Shown one piece after another: positions 8,238 to 14,530 of a stretch of 32,000 bases of DNA. The position numbers were made by a program, and so were the translations under genes. This DNA is from Patescibacteria group bacterium (GTDB lineage Bacteria; Patescibacteriota; Patescibacteriia; 2-01-FULL-39-33): NCBI GenBank assembly GCA_041662745.1, contig JBAZRV010000001.1:150001-182000 (forward strand), given 5' to 3'. The notes below the pieces were generated by a model. That model ran no database searches. It saw nothing but the letters and a program-made list of their open reading frames with translations, and was not told where the DNA came from. Every line of letters starts with the position of its first letter. The first letter of the stretch is position 1.

Positions 8238-8259
8238 CTTAATCTGTTGGGGATAATAT
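8231..8259 (+). promoter_or_regulatory. sigma70-like promoter for the metallophosphoesterase gene
   Basis: TTGACA (8231-8236), 17-nt spacer, TAATAT (8254-8259). Its -35 overlaps the -35 of the divergent guaB promoter. Confidence 0.55.
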
Positions 8260-8351
8260 GTGATTATAAAATCATGTCTGGAGGGTGATTTAAGGCACAT
8301 TAAAATTATTAGCAAAATCTAAGGATAGAACCAAAGAGAAGGAGGAAGTCC

Positions 8352-9491
8352 ATGAAAAAATGCAAGCAACACCCGACGTATAAAGGTATTCGCGTACCGC
8401 GTAGCGACTGTCCCGACTGTTTGGCTGTTTTTAAAGAAAATAATCCAGGCATTGGTGAAGACGTGGATTTGGATTTGATTGAACAGGGACACAAAGAAAA
8501 AATCAAAGGCGTGGAAAGAAAATACCGTGAATTGATCGGACGCTATAATGAGTTACAACAATTTGTTGAAACAATCAAAGTGTTGCAGCAGGATCCGCAA
8601 ATAACTGAAATCCTGCCCAAAAAGGGATCAAATACTTCCGAAGCCACCGCCGTCTTTGTTTACAGCGACTGGCATGCGGAAGAAAAAGTTGATCCGGAAA
8701 CCGTTAACGGACTTAATTCCTTTGATCTGGATATATTTAAGCGTCGAGCCACGTATTGTTTTCAGAATTCTTTGCGTTTATTGGAAATGAATCAGCACGA
8801 AGTGGTTATTAATACCGTGATCCTGGCATTGTTGGGTGATTTTATTTCTAATTATCTTCACGAAGAGTTGCAGGAGATTAATACTTTACCGCCGACCAAA
8901 GCTCTATTTTTGGTGGAAAATCAATTGATTTCAGGGATTGATATGTTTTTAAAACATACCGATTGCAATTTGGTTATTCCCTGCTGCTGCGGTAATCATG
9001 GGCGATTTACCAAAAAGAAACGCCATGCCAATCAGGTCGGAACTTCTTTGGAATGGGTGCTTTATACCATGTTGGCCAGGCATTATCAAGATATAAATGA
9101 GAAACGCGTCAAGTTTATTATCCCCGATAGTTACTTGGCTTATATCCAGGTTTACGATCAGATGCTACGATTCCACCACGGTGACGGCATCAAATACCAG
9201 GGCGGAGTCGGCGGAATCACTATCCCGCTCAACAAAGCCATTGCCCAATGGAACAAGGCCAAACACGCTGATCTGGATGTCATCGGACATTGGCACCAGT
9301 TACGAGACGGCGGTTGTTATGTTTGTAATGGATCGTTAATCGGTTATAACGCTTACGCTTTATCCATTAAAGCTGATTTTGAAACTCCTAAGCAAGCTTT
9401 TTTCTTAATGGATAGAGATCGCAAGAAAACTATTAATGGACCAGTATTTTTGGAAAGGGTTCAACGTAAACCGACCGTTAAAAGCCGATAA
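8352..9491 (+). CDS. calcineurin-like metallophosphoesterase with an N-terminal Cys/His cluster (379 aa)
   Basis: The full MPE motif series is present: YSDWH (DxH), LLGDF (GD), CGNHG (GNH), FHHGD (H), IGHWH (GHxH). N-terminal CKQHP...CPDC is Zn-ribbon-like. Strong RBS AAGGAGGAAG. Confidence 0.75.
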   Translation: MKKCKQHPTYKGIRVPRSDCPDCLAVFKENNPGIGEDVDLDLIEQGHKEKIKGVERKYRELIGRYNELQQFVETIKVLQQDPQITEILPKKGSNTSEATAVFVYSDWHAEEKVDPETVNGLNSFDLDIFKRRATYCFQNSLRLLEMNQHEVVINTVILALLGDFISNYLHEELQEINTLPPTKALFLVENQLISGIDMFLKHTDCNLVIPCCCGNHGRFTKKKRHANQVGTSLEWVLYTMLARHYQDINEKRVKFIIPDSYLAYIQVYDQMLRFHHGDGIKYQGGVGGITIPLNKAIAQWNKAKHADLDVIGHWHQLRDGGCYVCNGSLIGYNAYALSIKADFETPKQAFFLMDRDRKKTINGPVFLERVQRKPTVKSR

Positions 9492-9506
9492 TCAGTTCTT
9501 TCAATC

Positions 9507-9537
9507 CCGCCCCGACTTGCGTCAGGGCGGTTTTTTT
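9507..9537 (+). terminator. rho-independent terminator
   Basis: CCGCCCCGAC-TTGC-GTCAGGGCGG followed by TTTTTTT. Confidence 0.75.
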
Positions 9538-9620
9538 GACTTTTAATGTTATCTTGGCTAAGATGTGGCTAATTGAACCTTGACAATTATGCGGTTTTAC
9601 CAAGGAAAGGAGAAGTAGCC

Positions 9621-10301
9621 ATGGTAATATATATTTGCAGCGCTAAAAGCGGAGATTTGGAAAATGACAGGATAAAATTCAATCGGATTGAAGCCTGGCT
9701 CAAAGAGCAAGAAGTGAACGTTGTTAATCCGATAACTTTTTTGGACAGCCAAGAGGTGCAATTGCATTTGGCAGAAAGAGACGCTGTAGACAAGAAACTG
9801 ATCGAAAAATACGGCGAAGAACGCAGGTGTTGGTTTATACAAGTGCTTTCGCTATTATCCTATTGCGTTTCTCAATGTGATGCCATCTATTTGGAATATG
9901 ATTGGCAAGATGATACGATGTCGATTCTAGAATACGTCTTCAGTCAATATTTCGGCTTGCCATCGCTGATGAAGATTAAGGATCGGTTAGCGCAGGTGGA
10001 AGTCAATACCATTGACTTAACTAAGGCCCTATCTTCGCTTTTACCTGATTCGGCAATGACGGTTTTAACTAATTGCCCTAACCAGTTTGATGATGAAGAT
10101 TATGACGGAGAAGATAGCCAGGGGGAAATGAACCCTTATTCTAATGAAAAAGTTGATCCAGAAACAACGGACAATGTGGTTAATCTTGCGGCTTCAGCAG
10201 AGCAAAACAAGATGCGTCAGTGGTTGGAAAGTCAAATGGGCTCCGGTAATGTTAAGAAAGAAGATATTCCGGATGGGCAGGAGAGCAATAGCGATGGCTA
10301 A
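9621..10301 (+). CDS. DUF4406-like (nucleoside 2-deoxyribosyltransferase superfamily) protein with an acidic tail (226 aa)
   Basis: Track ORF trimmed to the ATG at 9621 after GGAAAGGAGAAG. MVIYICSAKSGDLEND..F..IEAWLKEQEVNVVNP and QCDAIYLEYDWQDDTMSILEYVFSQYFGLP match the DUF4406 pattern recalled from memory. The C-terminal ~80 aa are D/E/S-rich. Confidence 0.5.
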   Translation: MVIYICSAKSGDLENDRIKFNRIEAWLKEQEVNVVNPITFLDSQEVQLHLAERDAVDKKLIEKYGEERRCWFIQVLSLLSYCVSQCDAIYLEYDWQDDTMSILEYVFSQYFGLPSLMKIKDRLAQVEVNTIDLTKALSSLLPDSAMTVLTNCPNQFDDEDYDGEDSQGEMNPYSNEKVDPETTDNVVNLAASAEQNKMRQWLESQMGSGNVKKEDIPDGQESNSDG

Positions 10302-10914
10302 AAATAATCCAATTAATGCTTTAATCGCCGTAACTTTGAGCGCCTTATATTTTGTCTGGAACAACTTGCCCAATGTCTTGACCTCTTGCCGTTTGCTTTT
10401 GACGCCTTTAGCCATGATATTGCTTGTGCGGTCTTCGGCCGTGTCTTTGGCTGGGTGCTTATTGGTCGTGGTAATCATAGAGATAACCGATTTCTTTGAT
10501 GGTTTTCTGGCTCGACGCTGGAAGAAAGTTTCTGACTTCGGTAAATTGTATGATCCTTATTGCGATGTGACCTTCCACTTAATGATGTTTCTTTGCCTCG
10601 CCTCGCTGGGTATTCTACCCTTATGGATCATGGCCATATTCTTGTTCCGCGAACTAACGGTGTGGTTTTTGCGTGCTTATTGCGCCACCTCCGGCATTAA
10701 TTTGGCGGCTCGGCCCTGGGGCAAGCGTAAAGCCAATGCTCAAACTGCTATGCTGGTTTCCGTTATTGTCGCTTTAGGAGCCAACCTTTGGGGAGTCCCC
10801 TTGGCGGTGGATGCTGGTTTAATGGCTTTGTCTGTAATTTTTACCTTGGCGGCTGTGGCGGCAACTCTTATTTCCTTTGGCGATTACGTTAATTATTTTG
10901 TGAAGGAGTCTTAG
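10294..10914 (+). CDS. pgsA: CDP-alcohol phosphatidyltransferase (PgsA-like, 206 aa)
   Basis: Family signature DFFDGFLARRWKKVSDFGKLYDPYCD (DGxxARx8Gx3Dx3D). Polytopic membrane protein. The start at 10294 overlaps the upstream stop by 8 nt. The track's 10144 start is an out-of-context extension. Confidence 0.82.
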   Translation: MAKNNPINALIAVTLSALYFVWNNLPNVLTSCRLLLTPLAMILLVRSSAVSLAGCLLVVVIIEITDFFDGFLARRWKKVSDFGKLYDPYCDVTFHLMMFLCLASLGILPLWIMAIFLFRELTVWFLRAYCATSGINLAARPWGKRKANAQTAMLVSVIVALGANLWGVPLAVDAGLMALSVIFTLAAVAATLISFGDYVNYFVKES

Positions 10915-10926
10915 ATATTGCACTTT

Positions 10927-10953
10927 AACCGGTCTTTAAGGCCGGTTTATTTT
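10927..10953 (+). terminator. rho-independent terminator
   Basis: AACCGG-TCTTTAAGG-CCGGTT followed by TATTTT. Confidence 0.55.
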
Positions 10954-11062
10954 CATTAATTTTTGTCCCACCTTGACTTTTATCGTTCTATATGCTAAAT
11001 TATTGATTAGTCAGAGTGCTCGTAACAGGGCCTAAAGCCCATTTTTTAATTATTATATTATT

Positions 11063-11560
11063 ATGTTATCAATCAGATTGTCTCGAACAGGCAAGAAAAA
11101 ACACCCTTTGTATTCCTTGATCGTCGTAGAAAAATCCAAGGATCCGTGGGGTGACAATGTGGAAAAATTGGGAACTTATAATCCTCACACCAAAGCATCG
11201 GAAATCAAAGCCGAGCGCGTGGCTTTTTGGATTGGCAAAGGAGCCCAACCGACACCGACCGTTCATAACCTGCTGGTTAACTTGGGTTTGATTAAAGCGG
11301 ATAAGGTTAGAGCCGGAAAAACTCAGCCCGGCAAGAAGCGTCTGGCGCAGATAGAATCCGATAAGAAAGCCGCAGAAGAAGCCAATGTCAAAGCGGAAGC
11401 CGACGCTAAGGCAGCTGAAGAAGCCGCTAAAGCAGCGGCCGAAACTCCGGCTGAAACTATTGTTGCCCCGACTGAAGAGGTTGCAGCTGATGTTGCGGTT
11501 GAAGAAAAGCCGGTTGAAGTTGTTGAAGCTCCGGTTGCTGAAGAAGTAAAAACTGAATAA
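11063..11560 (+). CDS. rpsP: 30S ribosomal protein bS16 with a long Ala/Glu/Lys/Val-rich C-terminal extension (165 aa)
   Basis: MLSIRLSRTGKKKHPLYSLIVVEKSKDPWGDNVEKLGTYNP is the canonical S16 N-terminus. The tail from about residue 90 is low-complexity (AEEANVKAEADAKAAEEAAKAAAE...). Confidence 0.93.
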   Translation: MLSIRLSRTGKKKHPLYSLIVVEKSKDPWGDNVEKLGTYNPHTKASEIKAERVAFWIGKGAQPTPTVHNLLVNLGLIKADKVRAGKTQPGKKRLAQIESDKKAAEEANVKAEADAKAAEEAAKAAAETPAETIVAPTEEVAADVAVEEKPVEVVEAPVAEEVKTE

Positions 11561-11592
11561 TTTATTCTCTCTCTCTTATCAGAGAGAGTTTT

Positions 11593-11666
11593 GGATCGGT
11601 AGCTCAGTTGGTTAGAGCGCTGCCCTGTCACGGCAGAGGTCGCGGGTTCGAGTCCCGTCCGGTCCG
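11593..11666 (+). tRNA. tRNA-Asp (anticodon GUC), no encoded CCA
   Basis: GGATCGG-TA-GCTC-AGTTGGTTA-GAGC-G-CTGCC-CTGTCAC-GGCAG-AGGTC-GCGGG-TTCGAGT-CCCGT-CCGGTCC-G folds as a 74-nt cloverleaf. Confidence 0.9.
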
Positions 11667-11785
11667 CTTTATGGAACAATATAAAAAGGCCTACAAATGT
11701 GGGTCTTTTTTTGTTGATTTGTGGTTAGGGTGGACTTGTCTACCGGCAGGCAGGCGGGACGAGGGGGATTTTAGAAAAATGAAAA
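11665..11785 (+). repeat. direct repeat copy A (121 nt), starting in the last 2 nt of tRNA-Asp
   Basis: CGCTTTATGGAACAATATAAAAAGGCCTACAAATGTGGGTC...GGGGATTTTAGAAAAATGAAAA. Aligns to 12362-12462 at roughly 87-90% identity by hand count, with a ~20-nt insertion (CTTGTCTACCGGCAGGCAGG) in copy A. Confidence 0.85.
11683..11712 (+). terminator. terminator hairpin downstream of tRNA-Asp (inside repeat A)
   Basis: AAAAAGGCCTAC-AAAT-GTGGGTCTTTTTTT. Confidence 0.6.
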
Positions 11786-11813
11786 CGCCGAGAACTTCCT
11801 TGTCCTCAGCGTT
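11782..11813 (-). terminator. terminator for the 111-aa ORF
   Basis: Minus strand AACGCTGAGGAC...GTTCTCGGCGTT followed by TTCATTTTT. Confidence 0.5.
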
Positions 11814-11849
11814 GATTACATAACGGTGCATTATTTGAGATGAGCGATA

Positions 11850-12185
11850 TTAACTCATCATTGTGAATTCTGGCTCAAGATATTGCACATCATTGCCATC
11901 AACAGAATACTTTAAGCTTGCTCCACCTCCGGATAAGAAAGCAATATCCTGAAATGCAATTGTCGCAAACCCTTCTTTGACTTGAAAATTTGTAATCGTG
12001 AATATTCCATATCTGTTTCCAGAAGAGTATTTTGCAAAAAGCTTTTCAAGCTCCGCTTCCGTATCCAAATCTTCGGGAACAAAGAGACCCATAGGTCTTA
12101 CTGTTCTGTTATCCCTTAAGTCTCTCAATATACTTCTGAATACCGCTTCATTATCTTTTGCGGTTTGGAGATAGTTACTGACCAT
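11850..12185 (-). CDS. hypothetical protein (111 aa), sole gene of cassette 1
   Basis: Track ORF with its own promoter and terminator. RBS GGAGG upstream (AAAAGGAGGCCACAATAATAATG). No family recognised. Confidence 0.6.
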   Translation of the reverse strand: MVSNYLQTAKDNEAVFRSILRDLRDNRTVRPMGLFVPEDLDTEAELEKLFAKYSSGNRYGIFTITNFQVKEGFATIAFQDIAFLSGGGASLKYSVDGNDVQYLEPEFTMMS

Positions 12186-12260
12186 TATTATTGTGGCCTC
12201 CTTTTGGTTGATTGTTCAAGAAATAGTAAGTCTATAAAACTAACAAAGTACTAACATATG

Positions 12261-12289
12261 ATTGTATCATATATAAATTATTTTGTCAA
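12261..12289 (-). promoter_or_regulatory. sigma70-like promoter
   Basis: Minus strand TTGACA (12289-12284), 17-nt spacer, TACAAT (12266-12261). Confidence 0.55.
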
Positions 12290-12361
12290 ACGCTAATTCT
12301 AGGCATTTCAAAACTACCTTCGCATCTGCTAATATAAGTTCTAACATCGTCTATTACCCTT

Positions 12362-12462
12362 CGCTTTATGGAACGATATAAAAAGGCCTATAAATATAGG
12401 TCTTTTTATGTTGATTTATGGTTGGGGCGGACGGGACGGAGGGGATTTTAGAAAAATGAAAA
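12362..12462 (+). repeat. direct repeat copy B (101 nt)
   Basis: CGCTTTATGGAACGATATAAAAAGGCCTATAAATATAGGTC...GGGGATTTTAGAAAAATGAAAA. The hairpin is retained with paired substitutions relative to copy A. Confidence 0.85.
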
Positions 12463-12488
12463 GCCCCGCACGATGTCGTACGGGGCTT
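12452..12488 (-). terminator. terminator for the 13282->12516 operon
   Basis: Minus strand AAGCCCCG-TACGACATCGTG-CGGGGCTT followed by TTCATTTTT. Confidence 0.65.
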
Positions 12489-12515
12489 CCGTGGATCGTG
12501 CGGGGCGAAAGTATG

Positions 12516-12806
12516 TTAGGCGAGGATTGCTCGCATCATCGCCTCGTCGTCGGGGCATTCATTGATGTGTTCTTTCATGAAGTGGAAGAAGTCGCCGCGA
12601 ACATTGGCGATACTTCCTCTGGTTGACCGCGCGTTCCGGAGCATCGATGCCTCATCGTCGAAACGCCGATATTCCACATCCGCTTTCTTCAGGTTGAAAG
12701 CGATGTGCAGAGCCGCCTTTTCTTCAGGATCCAAGCTTGCCCAAAACTCGTCCAACGCTCTTGCGATTTCTGAATCGATCCCTACTACACTGTGTGCACT
12801 CATCAT
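12516..12806 (-). CDS. hypothetical protein (96 aa)
   Basis: Track ORF. RBS GAGAGGAGAAGAC precedes ATGATG. Acidic, with helical-looking composition. No family recognised. Confidence 0.55.
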   Translation of the reverse strand: MMSAHSVVGIDSEIARALDEFWASLDPEEKAALHIAFNLKKADVEYRRFDDEASMLRNARSTRGSIANVRGDFFHFMKEHINECPDDEAMMRAILA

Positions 12807-12958
12807 GTCTTCTCCTCTCGTTTGAAGTTCATTTCTTGTCTTGGAGTGTGATGACGTCGTACTGGAGCCTTACGAGTCCCTGCTCGACTGCATAGGTCTC
12901 TTTCACCCTTAATTCTTGGTATATCGGCGGGAGCAGTAGATCTACTCAGTCCTTGATG

Positions 12959-13186
12959 TTACAGAAACAGATGGACGATGTAACCGATGCCTACAACGAG
13001 AAACGGATGGAAAATCAGATCCGCAATCAAGTTGATTTTCTTTTTCGACTTGTCGTCCTCTTCTTTCGCAGTGCTCATCTGCATCGTCAGAAATCCCACT
13101 ACCATTGATATGCCGATAGCTTGCACAATATTTAGTGCAGGCAAATGAAAAATGGGAACGACGAACCACAGCCAAAGCCATGACAA
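12959..13186 (-). CDS. small membrane protein (75 aa, TTG start as drawn), possibly the 3' part of an interrupted gene
   Basis: Hydrophobic segments WLWLWFVVPIFHLPALNIVQAIGISMVVGFL and LIADLIFHPFLVVGIGYIVHLFL flank a KEEDDKSKKK loop. It is in frame with the 30-codon ORF upstream, separated only by TGA-GTA. Confidence 0.45.
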   Translation of the reverse strand: MSWLWLWFVVPIFHLPALNIVQAIGISMVVGFLTMQMSTAKEEDDKSKKKINLIADLIFHPFLVVGIGYIVHLFL

Positions 13187-13189
13187 TAC

Positions 13190-13282
13190 TCATCCCCGAA
13201 TAATCGCCGCCAAAGTGAATACTCCAGTGAAAAACACCACTATACCAATAACCGCGGCCAGCTCGACCACAAGCAGATCCAT
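13190..13282 (-). CDS. 30-aa hydrophobic peptide MDLLVVELAAVIGIVVFFTGVFTLAAIIRG
   Basis: Below the track size cut-off. Found by reading the minus strand: AAGGAG, 7 nt, then ATG at 13282. It ends at TGA (13192-13190). Confidence 0.4.
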   Translation of the reverse strand: MDLLVVELAAVIGIVVFFTGVFTLAAIIRG

Positions 13283-13366
13283 GATACGACTCCTTTTTCT
13301 TTTCGTGTATTTTCGCCACATATTATTCCCCTGTGACGTTGGGTTACAGATAATCTGTAATAGTTT

Positions 13367-13395
13367 ATTATATCACATGGTTTAAAATTTGTCAA
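13367..13395 (-). promoter_or_regulatory. consensus sigma70 promoter
   Basis: Minus strand TTGACA (13395-13390), 17-nt spacer, TATAAT (13372-13367). Confidence 0.65.
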
Positions 13396-13553
13396 TGCAT
13401 CTATTTAGTTAACTATCTAATTTTATCCAAAATTATTTAAATTTATCTAATTTTGACTAAATTTTGGTGAAAGCCCCCCAATTAATTCTTCCAAAGTCGC
13501 CTAAATGGCGATTTTTTGATATAGTAACTAAACTAATAAATTAACGTAATCAT

Positions 13554-14291
13554 ATGGAACAGGACCGAATAAAAAACATCGTTAAAAAAAGTTATGCCGG
13601 CCTAGCCGCTTCGCAATCAGGTTGCGGTTGCGGCTGTAAGTCAGCTCAAGCCATATCAAAAAGCATTGGCTATTCCGATGAGGACATGAACGTCGTCCCT
13701 GAAGCTAATCTTGGTTTGGGTTGCGGCAACCCGACTGCTTTAGGAAAAATTAAAGAAGGTGACATTGTTCTTGATTTGGGTAGCGGAGCCGGGTTTGACG
13801 CCTTTCTCGCTGCCAAGAGAGTTGGCGATAATGGCAGGGTTATTGGCATTGATATGACCGAAGAGATGATTGCTAAAGCCGCTGAGAATGCAAAAAAGTA
13901 TGATTATAATAATGTTGAGTTCAGGCTTGGCGACATTGAGGCCTTGCCGATTGATAATAATTCCATTGATGTCATAATCAGCAATTGCGTAATCAATCTG
14001 GCTCCCGATAAATCAAAAGTGTTTAGGGAAGCATACAGAGTTTTAAAATCGGGCGGCAGAATGTATATCTCAGATATCGTGTTATTGGATAATTTAACAG
14101 ATGAACAAAAAAATGATGAAATTTTGATTGCCGGTTGCGTTGGCGGGGCTTTGTTAAAAGATGATTACATTGCGATTATAAAAGAATCAGGACTTGAAGT
14201 TAATATATTGGGGGAAAACAAGGATATTAGCAAAAAGCAGTACCAAGGATTGCCCTTGGAAAGTTTAGCGGTTGAAGCTGTCAAGCCTTAA
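13554..14291 (+). CDS. arsM: arsenite S-adenosylmethionine methyltransferase (ArsM/AS3MT family, 245 aa)
   Basis: N-terminal Cys cluster [18 protein letters not shown] motif [62 protein letters not shown], and a later GC(V)GGA. Confidence 0.85.
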   Translation: MEQDRIKNIVKKSYAGLAASQSGCGCGCKSAQAISKSIGYSDEDMNVVPEANLGLGCGNPTALGKIKEGDIVLDLGSGAGFDAFLAAKRVGDNGRVIGIDMTEEMIAKAAENAKKYDYNNVEFRLGDIEALPIDNNSIDVIISNCVINLAPDKSKVFREAYRVLKSGGRMYISDIVLLDNLTDEQKNDEILIAGCVGGALLKDDYIAIIKESGLEVNILGENKDISKKQYQGLPLESLAVEAVKP

Positions 14292-14366
14292 TTGGGTTGG
14301 CAACGCCAATATGAAAACAAGCCCTGATATCATTCATTAGCTTTCATTATATTAGCTTTCATTATA

Positions 14367-14407
14367 AAAGCGCCCGATTCCGTTAGCCGGCGGATAGGGC
14401 GTTTTTT
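14367..14407 (+). terminator. rho-independent terminator after arsM
   Basis: AAAGCGCCC...GGGCGTTTTTT. Preceded by a 15-bp tandem duplication ATTAGCTTTCATTAT x2 (14336-14365). Confidence 0.55.
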
Positions 14408-14510
14408 ATATTGAGGATGGGATTTCAGGTTTTAATATCATTTATAGAATTTAATTTTGTCATCAGCCCTATCCATCGGTTATTATTTTTTGTTTAAAAT
14501 TATTTATTTT

Positions 14511-14524
14511 TATGATAAAATTAG
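14511..14524 (+). promoter_or_regulatory. extended -10 element (TATGATAAAATTAG) 7 nt upstream of the giant ORF's ATG
   Basis: TG-A-TAAAAT at 14513-14521. The same 14-mer recurs at 21949-21962 upstream of the HAD gene. Confidence 0.45.
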
Positions 14525-14530
14525 TGCATT

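Noticed and set aside
9573-10293. Longer 5' extensions of track ORFs 9573-10301 and 10144-10914
   Set aside because: Internal ATGs at 9621 and 10294 have proper RBS or coupling context. The extension of 10144 is read in a frame overlapping the upstream gene and does not look like part of a CDP-alcohol phosphatidyltransferase.
10973-11062. Possible attenuator hairpin (GGGCCTAAAGCCC plus T-run) in the rpsP leader
   Set aside because: The stem is only 4 bp and no supporting alternative structure was seen, so it is too weak to call.
11323-11823. ORFs 11323-11679 (-) and 11608-11823 (+)
   Set aside because: They overlap rpsP antisense, or run across the tRNA-Asp gene and its terminator. They are artefacts of the low-complexity GC-rich tail and the tRNA sequence.
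12959-13282. UGA-as-sense genetic code (code 25/4) to explain the in-frame TGA
   Set aside because: gyrA, guaB, the 1409-aa ORF, cca and others are intact under the standard code with no internal TGA. Four supported genes (ending at 18760, 22903, 26286 and 27081) terminate at TGA. Global recoding is therefore not supported.
12942-13319. 125-aa minus-strand ORF (MAKIHEKKKESYHGSACGRAGRGYW...)
   Set aside because: Its start lies upstream of and reads through the AAGGAG that serves the 13282 ATG. Its composition (R/C/H/G-rich) is not protein-like, and the alternative frame gives clean hydrophobic helices.
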